Source of the DNA: Undibacterium sp.
Lineage (GTDB): Bacteria; Pseudomonadota; Gammaproteobacteria; Burkholderiales; Burkholderiaceae_D
DNA length: 64,000 nucleotides
Direction of reading: 5' to 3'
NCBI GenBank assembly: GCA_025352365.1
Contig: JANXTO010000136.1
Coordinates: forward strand, 2,010-66,009
How positions within the stretch are numbered: position 1 is the first letter of the stretch; every line of letters begins with the position of its first letter. The notes under the pieces were generated by a model that did not search any database, was not told where the DNA came from, and saw only the letters and a program-made list of their open reading frames with translations. This document shows positions 19,876-30,269 of this stretch, in pieces. The translations under genes were made by a program, and so were the position numbers.

Positions 19876-21474
19876 ATGACAACAAATTCTCTCACTCTGG
19901 CGCGCTGCGGGATCAGGCTCGCTAACATCACCAATATCGCCGGCTTAGGCTCACTATTATTACTGGCAAGCTGCGCGAATACGCCGCAAAACCAAACCAC
20001 TCAAATTAATAACGCCCCCGTAAGTCATGTGCTGGAAGCCGCACATGTAGATCCAGACAAGCTGCTCAACCGCATTACCTGGGGCGCCAACGCCTCTTCC
20101 TCACAAGAATTGCGTGCGGCGGGCATGGATCGTTACCTTGACCAGCAATTGCGTGGCCGTGTTGCTATCTTGCCGCCGGCAATACAGGCACAAATTGATA
20201 GTATGACGATTACCCAGCGGCCTTTTGACCAGTTAATGCAAGATCTGGAAACCCGTCGTATTACAGCAGAAAAACAAAAGGGTATTGACGACACGCTAGG
20301 CAAAGACTACCAACAAGAATTATCCCGTCTGGCAAAAGAGGCCGCAACCAGATCGCTATTGCGCGCCGTGTATTCACAAAACCAATTACAAGAACAGATG
20401 AGCTGGTTTTGGATGAATCATTTTAATATTCATAACGGCAAAGCCAACGAACGCGCCTTGTTGGGCGACTTTGAAGAACGTGCGATTCGCCCTAATGCTT
20501 TGGGCAATTTCCATGATTTATTACGCGCCACGGTATTGCATCCGGCAATGTTGCGTTATCTTGATAATGACCAAAATGCGGTCAATCGTATCAACGAAAA
20601 CTATGCCAGAGAATTGATGGAACTACACACTATGGGTGTCGGCAGCGGCTATTCCCAAGGCGATGTACAGGAACTTGCGCGAGTTCTGACTGGTTTCGGC
20701 GTCAATCAAAATCCCGACACGCCCAAGATAAAAGCCGAACTGCAGCGACTGTATGTACGCAACGGTATTTTTGAATTCAATCCACAGCGCCACGATTTTG
20801 GCGATAAAAAAATACTCAACAAAGTCGTACATGGTCGCGGTTTGCCAGAGTTGGATGAAGTCATCACCTTACTCAGTCGCCAGCCTGCGACGGCACAATT
20901 TATCAGCCGCAAACTAGCGATTTATTTTGTCTCTGATACACCGTCCGATGCGCTGGTATCCAAAATGGCGCAACGGTTTTTACAGACCGATGGCAATATT
21001 CCAGCGGTCTTGCGCAGCATGTTTGAGTCGCCAGAATTTATCGCCTCGCTGGGCAATAAGTTTAAAGATCCTATGCATTATGTCGTCTCTTCAATACGTC
21101 TGGCTTACGACGGCAATCCCATCATGAACACCGGCCCGATGCTAAATTGGCTGAATATGCTGGGCCAACAGGCCAATGGCCGCCAGACTCCTGATGGCTA
21201 TTCTATGCAAGAAAGCGCATGGGCCAGCCCGGGGCAGATGACCATGCGTTTTGACGTCGCCAAATCGCTGGCGAACAATAATCCAGGTTTATTCAAAATA
21301 GATAATCAGACAGCGCCGCCACGTCCGCCGCAGCCTGCGCTAGTCAACTCACCGTATGTCAAAAATTGGGCAAATAGCTTTAGCGTAGGGACACAACAAG
21401 CACTGATGCAGGCTAATTCACCACAAGAATGGAACGCGTTTTTTCTGGCGTCGCCAGAGATGATGCGTCGGTGA
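19876..21474 (+). CDS. DUF1800-domain protein
   Basis: Characteristic NENYARELMELHTMGVG...DV.ELARVLTG block, paired with DUF1501 downstream. Confidence 0.85.
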   Translation: MTTNSLTLARCGIRLANITNIAGLGSLLLLASCANTPQNQTTQINNAPVSHVLEAAHVDPDKLLNRITWGANASSSQELRAAGMDRYLDQQLRGRVAILPPAIQAQIDSMTITQRPFDQLMQDLETRRITAEKQKGIDDTLGKDYQQELSRLAKEAATRSLLRAVYSQNQLQEQMSWFWMNHFNIHNGKANERALLGDFEERAIRPNALGNFHDLLRATVLHPAMLRYLDNDQNAVNRINENYARELMELHTMGVGSGYSQGDVQELARVLTGFGVNQNPDTPKIKAELQRLYVRNGIFEFNPQRHDFGDKKILNKVVHGRGLPELDEVITLLSRQPATAQFISRKLAIYFVSDTPSDALVSKMAQRFLQTDGNIPAVLRSMFESPEFIASLGNKFKDPMHYVVSSIRLAYDGNPIMNTGPMLNWLNMLGQQANGRQTPDGYSMQESAWASPGQMTMRFDVAKSLANNNPGLFKIDNQTAPPRPPQPALVNSPYVKNWANSFSVGTQQALMQANSPQEWNAFFLASPEMMRR

Positions 21475-21577
21475 TTTGCTGCGCAGTTTCACTAAACGAT
21501 AGCCCAAAAATTGGTTAGCCGCGCAGTCCAAATGACTTAGCCGACCAATATCAGCACACCAGTAAAAAGGAATTATC

Positions 21578-22798
21578 ATGAACCGTCGTGATCTACTCAA
21601 AGCATTTGCCGCGCTGTCTGCCACCAGTATCAGCAGCAGCCTGTTTGCCGCACCAGCTACCCAAAATCGATTACTGATTGTATTTTTGCGTGGGGGATAC
21701 GATGCCAGTAATTTACTGATCCCGACGTCGAGTAATTTTTATTACGAAGCGCGTCCCAATATCGCTATCGCCCGTCCGTTGAGTGGAAGCGGTTCAGGAA
21801 ATACTACGGGCATCAGTACAGATCTCAATGCCGCATTGGAACTGAATGCGGATTGGGGCTTGCACCCAGCTTTGCGCGACAGCATTTATCCCTTATATCA
21901 AAAAGGAGAAGCTGCCTTTATCCCGTTTGCAGGTACGGATGATCTCTCGCGCAGCCATTTTGAAACTCAAGATAGCATAGAACTAGGCCAGCCCCTGGTC
22001 GGCTCTCGTAATTTCCATTCTGGTTTTTTAAACCGTCTGGCGGATGTATTGAATGGTGCGCCAGCAATGTCATTCACCGACCAATTACCGATCGTCATGC
22101 AAGGCAAGGCACGCATTGCCAACACGTCGCTGAGGTCGCCGGGCAAATCGAATGTGGATAATCGCCAGAGTAAAATCATCTCGCAAATGTATAGCCAGAC
22201 CGGTCTGGCGCAGCAAGTCACCGAAGGTTTTGCGGTACGTGAAGAAGTCTCGCGCGAGATGCAAGAAGAGATGAATTCAGCTAACCGCAATGCGATCTCG
22301 ACCAAGGGCTTTGAACTGGAAGCAAGACGCATCGCCAAAATGATGCGAGAAAAATATGCGCTCGGCTTTGTCGATGTCGGTGGTTGGGATACCCACGTCA
22401 ATCAAGGCGGTGCCAGCGGCACATTAGCCAGTAAATTTGATGAGCTGGGGCGCGGACTGGTCGCGTATCAGCAAGAAATGGGCGACGCCTGGCGCAATAC
22501 GACGGTGGTGGTGCTAAGTGAATTTGGTCGTACCTTCCGCGAAAACGGCAAGCGCGGCACCGATCATGGGCATGGCAGTGTGTACTGGGTTTTAGGTGGC
22601 GGTATCAAAGGCGGCCAGGTCGCCGGTGAGCAAATTCAGCTGGAACAACCCAAATTATTCCAAAACCGCGATTACCCCGTATTGAATGAATATCGCGCCG
22701 TATTGGGCGGATTATTTGCGGGTATTTACGGCTTGAATGCCAGCCAGTTGGACCATATATTTGCCGGAGTCAAAGCACGTAATATTGGCTTAGTCTGA
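21578..22798 (+). CDS. DUF1501-domain protein (Tat-signal, sulfatase-like fold)
   Basis: Twin-arginine leader MNRRDLLKAF and a conserved GTDHGHG block. It is the usual partner of DUF1800. Confidence 0.85.
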   Translation: MNRRDLLKAFAALSATSISSSLFAAPATQNRLLIVFLRGGYDASNLLIPTSSNFYYEARPNIAIARPLSGSGSGNTTGISTDLNAALELNADWGLHPALRDSIYPLYQKGEAAFIPFAGTDDLSRSHFETQDSIELGQPLVGSRNFHSGFLNRLADVLNGAPAMSFTDQLPIVMQGKARIANTSLRSPGKSNVDNRQSKIISQMYSQTGLAQQVTEGFAVREEVSREMQEEMNSANRNAISTKGFELEARRIAKMMREKYALGFVDVGGWDTHVNQGGASGTLASKFDELGRGLVAYQQEMGDAWRNTTVVVLSEFGRTFRENGKRGTDHGHGSVYWVLGGGIKGGQVAGEQIQLEQPKLFQNRDYPVLNEYRAVLGGLFAGIYGLNASQLDHIFAGVKARNIGLV

Positions 22799-24994
22799 TG
22801 CTGGATTAGCAGTTGGTGGTGATATTGATGAAGAAGGCGAGATCAAAGGCAAGGACGAGATCGGCAATTCAATATAAAAACATGTTCCCGCTTCTGCGTG
22901 CTGGCCTTCATATCCGATCTCGCCATGCATTTGATGCATGATCGCCTGGGTGATCGCCAACCCCAGTCCCGTGCCACCTTTGGCGCGGGTATCTGAAGAA
23001 TCTGCCTGCGAGAATTTTTGAAAAATCCGCTCGCGGAAATCTTCAGGAATACCGCTACCCTGATCGATCACTTCGACCCGCACTTTATTCACCCCAGATA
23101 ACTTCACCAGGAGTTGTACATCCGCACCCTTGGGAGAATATTTACAGGCGTTTGACAGCAAATTGGCCATCACTTGCTGAAACCGCCCCTCGTCTACATT
23201 GACCGATACCGCCGGAATCTCTTCGCTCAGCGCAATCCGCACGCCCAGGTTTTGCGCAAACGCCTGGTTGGTTTGTACCGCGCTGATTAATAAGTCACGT
23301 AATGGCAAGGTCTGAAAAGAGAAATCCATTTTGCCCGCTTCGATTTTTTGGCTATCTAATAAATCGTTAATCAGGCGCGTCAGACTCTCACTATTTTTAT
23401 GTGCAATCGTAATCAGCATCTGCGCTTTTTCTGGAATGGCACCAACCACGCCGCCTAGCAGCAAACTTAACGAGCCGCGTATCGAGGTTAACGGTGTGCG
23501 CAACTCATGGCTGACGGTAGAGATAAATTCACTCTTCATCTTCTCCATCTTGCGTCGCTCGCTGATGTCACGCACGATGACGATCAGTTTGCGTTGTCCT
23601 GATATCTGGTAGCGGCTAATCGATAATTCAGCGGGGAATAAGCTGCCATCTTTGCGCATGCGCTCGGCCTCCAGATAAATCATCCCTGAGCTCACAAACT
23701 CGGGATAACTCATCGCCAGCGCCATCAAGTCTTTACTATCGGGCGGGACAAAAAACTCTCCGTGCTTGCCAACGACATCTTCAGGATCATACCCATACAT
23801 CGCTAAAGCAGCTGGATTGGAGGTTTCAATATTACCGTTCTCATCGACCATGATGATGCCATCGGCTGCGTTTTGAAATACCGCCAGAAACCGGTCAGAC
23901 GATTCTTTTAACTCGCGTTTTTGCTGCGTCAGATCTTGTAATAAAGTCGCTTGATTACGGTTGATCACTTCGGCCTGACGCTTTAATTCTTTGGTGATTT
24001 CTAAATCAATTTCGCGCCGTTTTAACAAACTAAGCAATAAAGTAAACGCCATGATGACCGCGATCACACCGCCCAAAGCTACGGCAACAATCACGCCGCT
24101 GGTGCGGCGCCAGTCAGTAAGATAAAGCTCTTCTTCAATCGAAAAATTAATGATCAAAGGATATTTATCCAGTGTCTGGATCGCCGCCATACGCATCAGC
24201 GGCTTTCCACCATCTGCCATTCGTTCAGTATTGGTAATGATCACCCCAGATTTCTTTTTCTGATTATGTACTAACTGGTAGGTGCTACCCGTAAGGCTGC
24301 GCTTACCCATCAGATCATCACGCTCTGGCCAACGTGTCAGAAAGGTAAAATCATCCCGGAACAAAGTCACCGCGGCACGACCACCAATACTAATTTTTTC
24401 GTAAAAGCTGGAATAAAGGGAGGGCGACACACCAATTGCAGCGATACCAATAAACTCGCCATCACTGCCCGTTAAGCGGCGACTGATAAAAAATGTCCAT
24501 TGACCAGTGGCTTTATTGCGTGTGGAAGTGCTGACATACTCTTTAAGGCTAGCGTCATTTTTTTGTGCCACAAAGTAATCGCGGTCGACACCATTGAGTG
24601 CAACGGAAGGGAAACTACGTGAATTGGCAATCAGATTACCATCAGCATCAAGTATAAAAATCACATCGATCTGCGGCGATAACTTCTTTTTTTCAGCCAA
24701 TACTTGATGAAACTCCAACGTGTTGACATGGGTATTTAAATACGCAGAATCGATAGTCCAGCGATCCTGAATCCGCTCCACCACATTATCTAAAGCGAGG
24801 TAGGCAGTGCCCATTTGCTGGGCCGTATTTTCGGCCAGCATCAGGCTGAATGCCTCGGTCTGCTTTTGCCATTTTTCAACCTCTTGACCGCGCAATACCC
24901 AGATGGAGGCAACGGCAGAAACGATGATCGTCAGCACCAGAAAAATACCAAGTGCGGCAGCCAAACGACTGGTCTGTTTTCCGTTACTTTTCAT
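22790..24994 (-). CDS. Sensor histidine kinase (periplasmic Cache-like domain, PAS, HisKA, HATPase_c)
   Basis: Two TM segments flank a ~270-aa periplasmic domain. There is a PAS region, an H-box SHELRTPL, and N/G boxes (NLLSNACKY and GTGLGLAI). I chose the start at the ATG at 24994. Confidence 0.88.
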   Translation of the reverse strand: MKSNGKQTSRLAAALGIFLVLTIIVSAVASIWVLRGQEVEKWQKQTEAFSLMLAENTAQQMGTAYLALDNVVERIQDRWTIDSAYLNTHVNTLEFHQVLAEKKKLSPQIDVIFILDADGNLIANSRSFPSVALNGVDRDYFVAQKNDASLKEYVSTSTRNKATGQWTFFISRRLTGSDGEFIGIAAIGVSPSLYSSFYEKISIGGRAAVTLFRDDFTFLTRWPERDDLMGKRSLTGSTYQLVHNQKKKSGVIITNTERMADGGKPLMRMAAIQTLDKYPLIINFSIEEELYLTDWRRTSGVIVAVALGGVIAVIMAFTLLLSLLKRREIDLEITKELKRQAEVINRNQATLLQDLTQQKRELKESSDRFLAVFQNAADGIIMVDENGNIETSNPAALAMYGYDPEDVVGKHGEFFVPPDSKDLMALAMSYPEFVSSGMIYLEAERMRKDGSLFPAELSISRYQISGQRKLIVIVRDISERRKMEKMKSEFISTVSHELRTPLTSIRGSLSLLLGGVVGAIPEKAQMLITIAHKNSESLTRLINDLLDSQKIEAGKMDFSFQTLPLRDLLISAVQTNQAFAQNLGVRIALSEEIPAVSVNVDEGRFQQVMANLLSNACKYSPKGADVQLLVKLSGVNKVRVEVIDQGSGIPEDFRERIFQKFSQADSSDTRAKGGTGLGLAITQAIMHQMHGEIGYEGQHAEAGTCFYIELPISSLPLISPSSSISPPTANPASD

Positions 24995-25280
24995 TCGAAT
25001 GGTTTTATCCTGGCAGCACAAAAATTTATCATCGACTTTCGCTATCGTACACCGACTCATGCGGATTCAGATTGGATAGTCAGCATGAATAGTAAAAACA
25101 GTGGATGAACCGATAACAATAAGTATCAACGGACTGTCGCCGGCACATCAACTGCACATCAAGCACCCATCACTTATCGGTATCAAGCGAGCTCGCTTTT
25201 TTTAGAAAAGTTGGAAGCAGGCTGGACTGTCACAAAATCCTAATAGGTAGAAATAATACGTTTTTACCATCTAAGCATCA

Positions 25281-25310
25281 TGAATAATCATAAATAATCA
25301 TAAATAATCA
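25281..25310. repeat. Three tandem 10-mers T(G/A)AATAATCA
   Basis: The sequence tgaataatca taaataatca taaataatca is immediately followed by the inverted repeat AATCAC-AA-GTGATT (25305-25318). Confidence 0.7.
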
Positions 25311-25452
25311 CAAGTGATTGTCGCAGCCAGATTTATGTGCCATTGTTGCACTGAGGGCAAGAGTTAAAATCACAGATTCATCCACATGGGGCTTGCGCAG
25401 CATCACAAAAACAATGTTGCCCAAATCCTGACAATGACAAGGAGCGTGTTCA

Positions 25453-25698
25453 ATGAAAAAACTTATCTTAGCAAGCAGCTTGATGTTGGTTTCTGCCTCT
25501 GGCATGGCAGCCATCATACCTTGTGCAGAAATCAAAGAAAAGATTGAAGCAAAGCTGGAGGGGAAAGGGGTTAAAAACTACCGTCTGCAAGTAGTTAGTG
25601 CAGATACAGAAACCAAAAACCGGGTGGTCGCAAACTGTGACGGTGGACGTAAAAAAATCATTTACCAGAAATCTCACAAAGCTGACGCTACAGAATAG
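25453..25698 (+). CDS. DUF1161-domain periplasmic protein
   Basis: An 81-aa protein with a signal peptide and the conserved pattern CAEIKEKIEAKL...NCDGGRKKIIY. Confidence 0.8.
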   Translation: MKKLILASSLMLVSASGMAAIIPCAEIKEKIEAKLEGKGVKNYRLQVVSADTETKNRVVANCDGGRKKIIYQKSHKADATE

Positions 25699-25824
25699 CG
25701 TCTCAGGTAAGCTGGTTTGCAAAACAAACTTCTTAGGACTTGCGCAATTGGGACGGTTTTGCATAAGTTCTGACTTCTACGCCGACAAACCGGGCTGCCA
25801 GATGTCTACGGTAGTTCAGCCCAA

Positions 25825-26295
25825 TTAGCTGCGCTTGCCACGGAAAATCGCCAAGCCTTTGGCAGCCTGGGCTTGCACGGCATTTTTCACCAGCGGCGTC
25901 CAGCCCAGTAACCAGCCTTTCAAACCCAAAGCCTGGCGCGACCATTTCCATAAATCAAACTGATCTGTGTGCTGTACGATTTTGCCATCGCGGAAAGCAA
26001 AGCTGGCATGAATATCATTGATCACTGTGTTACCCGTTTGCGAGAACGTGTAAGTTGCCACCCAATGCGCCTGCCCGCGCTGATCGTCAGCTGAAATACC
26101 GTCAAACACGACAGAAAAATTCTGCGCTTTGCTAGTCAGCATGCGCCACATATCCGCCGCCGCTGCCCCCTGCAAAGAAGGAAAAACCGGATCAGAAAAA
26201 ATCACGTCAGCGGCATAGCAAGCCGCCATCGCTTCGGCATCCAGACGCTGGAAGGCGGTATAAAACTGGGTGATTAATTGGGCATTCGCATGCAT
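25825..26295 (-). CDS. NTF2-like / SnoaL-like (ketosteroid-isomerase fold) protein
   Basis: The N-terminus (ITQFYTAFQRLDAEAMAACYAADVIFSDPVF) is typical of SnoaL_2 proteins, and the length is 156 aa. Confidence 0.75.
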   Translation of the reverse strand: MHANAQLITQFYTAFQRLDAEAMAACYAADVIFSDPVFPSLQGAAAADMWRMLTSKAQNFSVVFDGISADDQRGQAHWVATYTFSQTGNTVINDIHASFAFRDGKIVQHTDQFDLWKWSRQALGLKGWLLGWTPLVKNAVQAQAAKGLAIFRGKRS

Positions 26296-26368
26296 GGGAT
26301 TTCCTTTTAGCGGATCAGGGCACGGCTGGTTTGACTACATTCTTGGTCATGATTCATGGGGGAAATTT

Positions 26369-26454
26369 TATATACTCCCCCGTTATTTTACAGAAATCGT
26401 CTTACTGACCAATGATTATATGGACACCTTAAAATACTATATAGGAGTATCTAT
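26369..26454 (-). repeat. Copy 4 of the ~85-bp intergenic repeat
   Basis: TATATACTCCCCC (26369-26381), core CTGACCAATGATTATATGGACA, and AATACTATATAGGAGTATCTAT. Confidence 0.8.
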
Positions 26455-26533
26455 TTTACGTAGATAGATATCTTGATGCATCGCCAGCAATCATACGGTG
26501 GCGGCAAATCAGGTTTATTCCACCGGCCACCAC

Positions 26534-26938
26534 TTAATGCTTGGCGGATTTGCCTTTGGCACTAGCACTTTCGTTAGCACTGTCCGATGCCGATGCGCTA
26601 GCAGAAGGTGCGCTGGCCGAGGCACTGGCACCCACTTCCATCTTGGCATGCGCCTCTGCGTCTACCTTCTCTGGCTTGACGGTCTCAATTTTATTTTCGC
26701 GCATGTAGTCGCTCATCTCTTTCCAACCGGCATACACGGCGGATCTGGACGCCTCGGGATTAAGCACATAGCAATCTTCCAACGCGCGGCCAGAATGACG
26801 ACATGCACCACCAGTAGCACGGCCATCGGCCTCTTTGGCGGCGGCCTCTTTAGCGGGATCAGGCAGCCCAAGGCGATCGCAACCCGCCAGCAAAGTCAAA
26901 GCGCAAACGCCGAGGCAAAGAGAGGAACGAAGTGACAT
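26534..26938 (-). CDS. Hypothetical lipoprotein with Ala/Ser-rich C-terminal tail
   Basis: The lipobox LLAGC follows MSLRSSLCLGVCALT. I chose the start at the ATG at 26938. No family was recognised. Confidence 0.6.
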   Translation of the reverse strand: MSLRSSLCLGVCALTLLAGCDRLGLPDPAKEAAAKEADGRATGGACRHSGRALEDCYVLNPEASRSAVYAGWKEMSDYMRENKIETVKPEKVDAEAHAKMEVGASASASAPSASASASDSANESASAKGKSAKH

Positions 26939-27074
26939 CGCAGCACCGATCAGATATGGGGATAACTGCATGGTAACAAATCCTGCCCAGCATTTCATCT
27001 TATCTTGGCGGATTTGTTTGCCTGCCGCGATGACTCGCAATCAGTTCTTATGGTTGGATGTCGTAATTCAGATT

Positions 27075-28112
27075 TTAAGGTCTTGGAAAGTTATAAGGAA
27101 TACCTGTCTTTTCCTGGTCTGTGCTGATGATATTGGCACGATAGTCGCGGCTGACTTGGTTGAGTCGGACACGGCCTTTAGCAACGTCGACCGGGCTGCC
27201 GCCAGGTTGACTGTCGCTTACCAAAATCAAAAAATTATTTTGTGCCATCCAGGCATTGCGACTTTGTGAAATCGTGCCATCATCCAGACGTCCAGCTTGT
27301 ATATCAAAGATGACCGTCCAAGCAGCATTGGATGAACCGTTGCCATAGTAGTCCACGCGAGGATCGTTCGACGTCGTGGCAAATACCGTCGGGAAAGCCA
27401 GTTGGGCAGACCCATTACGCTAGGCATCGGCGTAAGTCGATGGCGCACCAGTTGAGACGGTACCGGGAACTAGCAAAAATAAGAACTTACCGCGTAAATT
27501 AGCAATAGTCGGCCAGTTACCAGTCTGAATCGCGGACTCTGGAGTGGCATAACGGCTGGTGCAGTTGCCTGGCCAGCCTTTGCACATCAAATCATTAGGC
27601 TTAAAAATCCATTCTTTAGGGATACGGGCAGCGCCGCCATTGCCTTGGATATCGGCAATCAAATCATCCAGACTGGAGGCAGAATTGCCCAGACCAGCTT
27701 TAAATTCAAATTTCACAACTACTAGATCATGATTAGGATGCGCATCATGCCACTTGCGCAAACCATCTACGCACGAGCGCAAATCCTGATTGCGGGTCGC
27801 GCCTGCATTGCCGTTTTTGGGGCAGTTATTGTCATTGGCGACAGGATTACTATGCGATACATACCATTTGCCGGCACCCGCCCAGACATCTAGCTCGATC
27901 AATTGCACATAGATTAAGGCATCCGACAAATACTGAAAGTCACTTTTTTTGTCGTAAGTGTTATGTGAGCCTGCCAGCGTCACCTGATTGAGCCGATAGT
28001 TACTTAAATCCTGTGCCAAGGCGGAACTAACAAAACCAATCGCACTGACAGCACTAATGACAGAACAAGACAGGAACGTTGAAATCAAATTTTTAACAAT
28101 AGATACGCGCAT
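27075..28112 (-). pseudogene. Secreted PI-PLC-like (PLC-like phosphodiesterase) gene interrupted by one in-frame TAG
   Basis: The 230-aa ORF (27420-28112) and the 93-aa ORF (27075-27356) are in the same frame, since 28112-27356=756. My translation across the gap is *RNGSAQLAFPTVFATTSNDPRV with no further stop. The TAG is at 27420-27422. The N-terminal part has a signal peptide and a LAGSHNTYD motif. Confidence 0.7.
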
Positions 28113-28284
28113 ACCGTTTCCCTAAAAAGTGAAATTAAAGTAGGTGAAGCAGCGCGATGCTAAATCAGCAATATGTCGAGGCGATGACTTCTCAACAGAG
28201 ACAATTCAGTGAGCGTAGGTGCGATTACGCTACGCTAATCGTACCTACAATTTCTACTAAATTTGAATTTTCAGGCTCTGGAAA

Positions 28285-28372
28285 ATATAGATACTCTTAG
28301 TGAGTATTTATGAGTTGTCCATATAATCATTGGACAATCTGACATTTCGGGTAAAAATATTGGGGAGTATAT
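28285..28372 (+). repeat. Copy 5 of the ~85-bp intergenic repeat
   Basis: ATAGATACTCTTAGTGAGTAT hairpin, core TTGTCCATATAATCATTGGACAAT, and terminal TTGGGGAGTATAT. Confidence 0.8.
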
Positions 28373-28476
28373 TCATTTCAACTACACAGTCATCACTAGC
28401 GGCCGCTTAGAAACAGCCTCATTCTATTGAGCGGCTGGTCTAAGCAATTGCTGTTGCTATTGTCGTGGTCGCCCCG

Positions 28477-29319
28477 CTACATCTGCTGAAAAAGGTGCGC
28501 ATGGTTGCGGCTGACTTCTAGTTTTTCTGGATGATTTTTTAGTTGGATTAATTGCCGTCCTCGAAAATCGCGTGTCACTTCGGTAATCGCATCAACTCGT
28601 ACCAGAGTCGAGCGGTGGATGCGCCAGAACTCATCTGGGTCAAGTTCATCCTCCAGCTCTTTGAGGGTTTTTCGGATCAACACCTCGGTGGTGTCTGTTT
28701 GTACCCGCGTATATTTTTCATCCGATTGAAAAAACAAAATCTCCCGCGTGCTGATCATGCGCAGACTGCTGCCGACGCTGGCTTGTATCCAGCGCAGATA
28801 GTCGCGCTTGGCTTGCTTTTGTTGCGCAAGCTGGCCCAGCAAATCTATGATCTGCTGGTTTTGTTCCAGATTCTTTGTTGGATTTTGCGGCGCTTGTGAT
28901 TGTGTGGCTCGTGCGGCCAAGGCCAAGCGCTTTTGTAATCGTTCGCAGGTTGCGCGCAGACGGTCTGCATCGACTGGCTTGAGTAAATAGTCCAAAGCGC
29001 CTTGTTCAAACGCTTGTACCGCATATTCGTCGTAAGCCGTGACGAATACGATATGCGATTGCCCTACCAATTCACGTGCGGCCTCAATCCCGCTTTGTCC
29101 GGGCATGCGGATGTCGAGAAAAATAATATCCGGACGGTGTAAATTCGCCAGTTCGACCGCCGCCATACCGTTGCCCGCCTCGGCAATAATCTGCAACTCT
29201 GGCCAGACTTCGCGCAATCTGGCGCGTAACTGATCGCGCATCGGAGGTTCGTCATCCACGATGAGCGCGGTGAGAGGGGTCGAAGGGGTCGAGATTGGAT
29301 TCGTCATTTTTTGATTCAC
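28477..29319 (-). CDS. LytR/AlgR-family response regulator (REC + LytTR DNA-binding domain)
   Basis: The receiver domain (LIVDDEPPMR...IIFLDIRMPG...LLKP) is followed by a C-terminal LytTR pattern (FFQSDEKYTRV...HRSTLVRVD). Confidence 0.88.
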   Translation of the reverse strand: MNQKMTNPISTPSTPLTALIVDDEPPMRDQLRARLREVWPELQIIAEAGNGMAAVELANLHRPDIIFLDIRMPGQSGIEAARELVGQSHIVFVTAYDEYAVQAFEQGALDYLLKPVDADRLRATCERLQKRLALAARATQSQAPQNPTKNLEQNQQIIDLLGQLAQQKQAKRDYLRWIQASVGSSLRMISTREILFFQSDEKYTRVQTDTTEVLIRKTLKELEDELDPDEFWRIHRSTLVRVDAITEVTRDFRGRQLIQLKNHPEKLEVSRNHAHLFQQM

Positions 29320-29381
29320 AAAAATTTTTTCAAAATTTACTCTACAAATTTAAGATTTTGTACTTGTTGATTCAATAGGAC

Positions 29382-30269
29382 TTAAGGACGTCCTGAATAC
29401 GGTATGCGAATACTCACAATCGCTCCACCGGTAATCGGTGCCTCAATCATTAGCTGCGCATCTTGTCCGTATAAAATTTTTAGTCGCTCGCGGATATTAC
29501 TTAAGCCTATACCATCGTCGGCATGGACGTTAAAACCGATGCCGCTGTCTCTGACATTGACTTGCAAATAGTTGCCTGCGGCAGCGGCGCTGACATGGAT
29601 TATGCCGCCTTCGGTCTTCGGTTCCAGACCATGTTTGATCGCATTTTCAACCAGGGTTTGTAACATCATCGACGGGAAAGCAGCGTCTGCCAGATGCACA
29701 GGAACATCGAAATTGACTTGCAAACGTTCACGCATCCTAGCTTGCATAATATGAAGGTAAGCCCGCGACAGCGCAACCTGCTGCCCTAATCTGCCACCGC
29801 CCTGCTCGCGCATTTGCGGTAAAGCCGAGCGCAGATATTGAATCAGATGGGTGTGGATTTGTGCGGCCTGTAGCGGATCGGTTTCTATCAACTGACCAAT
29901 CAAGGCTAAGGTATTAAACAAAAAATGCGGCTCGATTTGTGCCTGCAAGGTTGCCATTTGCGCTTCCATCAAACGCCGCTCCAAGGCTTCGACATTGGCC
30001 TTGGTAGTGGCATCGGCCGCTTTTAAATCAGCCTGACGCTTGCCACCTGCCAGCACTTTGATAGCGACCGAGCTGATGGCAAAAAAAGCGCCTAATTCAG
30101 GTGTCCGCAATATCGGGCCGACCACCATCATCACCGCAAAACAAACAATGGCCAGATTCTGCCAGGACACCACCGCCAGCCAATCGAAAAACCGCCACCA
30201 CAATACGGTTGTGGTTTCAACGATGTCTAAAACGATCGTCAAAATGCGATTGTTTCCATCGGATTTCAT
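29382..30269 (-). CDS. Sensor histidine kinase, LytS/YehU-type (His_kinase PF06580-like + HATPase_c)
   Basis: IEPHFLFNTLA H-box, ENAIKHG N-box, and a short membrane-anchored N-terminus. It is paired with the LytTR regulator. Confidence 0.85.
   Translation of the reverse strand: MKSDGNNRILTIVLDIVETTTVLWWRFFDWLAVVSWQNLAIVCFAVMMVVGPILRTPELGAFFAISSVAIKVLAGGKRQADLKAADATTKANVEALERRLMEAQMATLQAQIEPHFLFNTLALIGQLIETDPLQAAQIHTHLIQYLRSALPQMREQGGGRLGQQVALSRAYLHIMQARMRERLQVNFDVPVHLADAAFPSMMLQTLVENAIKHGLEPKTEGGIIHVSAAAAGNYLQVNVRDSGIGFNVHADDGIGLSNIRERLKILYGQDAQLMIEAPITGGAIVSIRIPYSGRP

Noticed and set aside
22790-22798. A 9-bp convergent overlap between the DUF1501 gene and the sensor kinase gene.
   Set aside because: Short 3'-3' overlaps are common and need no special explanation. 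No hairpin or other element was seen there.
25187-25207. The palindrome AAGCGAGCTCGCTT followed by TTTTT on the plus strand, a possible terminator or sRNA 3' end.
   Set aside because: The effective stem is only ~5 bp with a 4-nt loop, and there is no upstream plus-strand gene or promoter evidence. It is too weak to call.
25308-25535. A 75-aa minus-strand ORF overlapping the DUF1161 start and the 10-mer repeat region.
   Set aside because: It overlaps a well-supported small gene and regulatory repeats, and it has no RBS or recognisable features.
27227-27448. A 73-aa ORF bridging the break in the PLC-like gene, which could have indicated a frameshift.
   Set aside because: The two PLC-like fragments are in the same frame and translate continuously across a single TAG. 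The bridging ORF is in a different frame and is not needed to explain the disruption.
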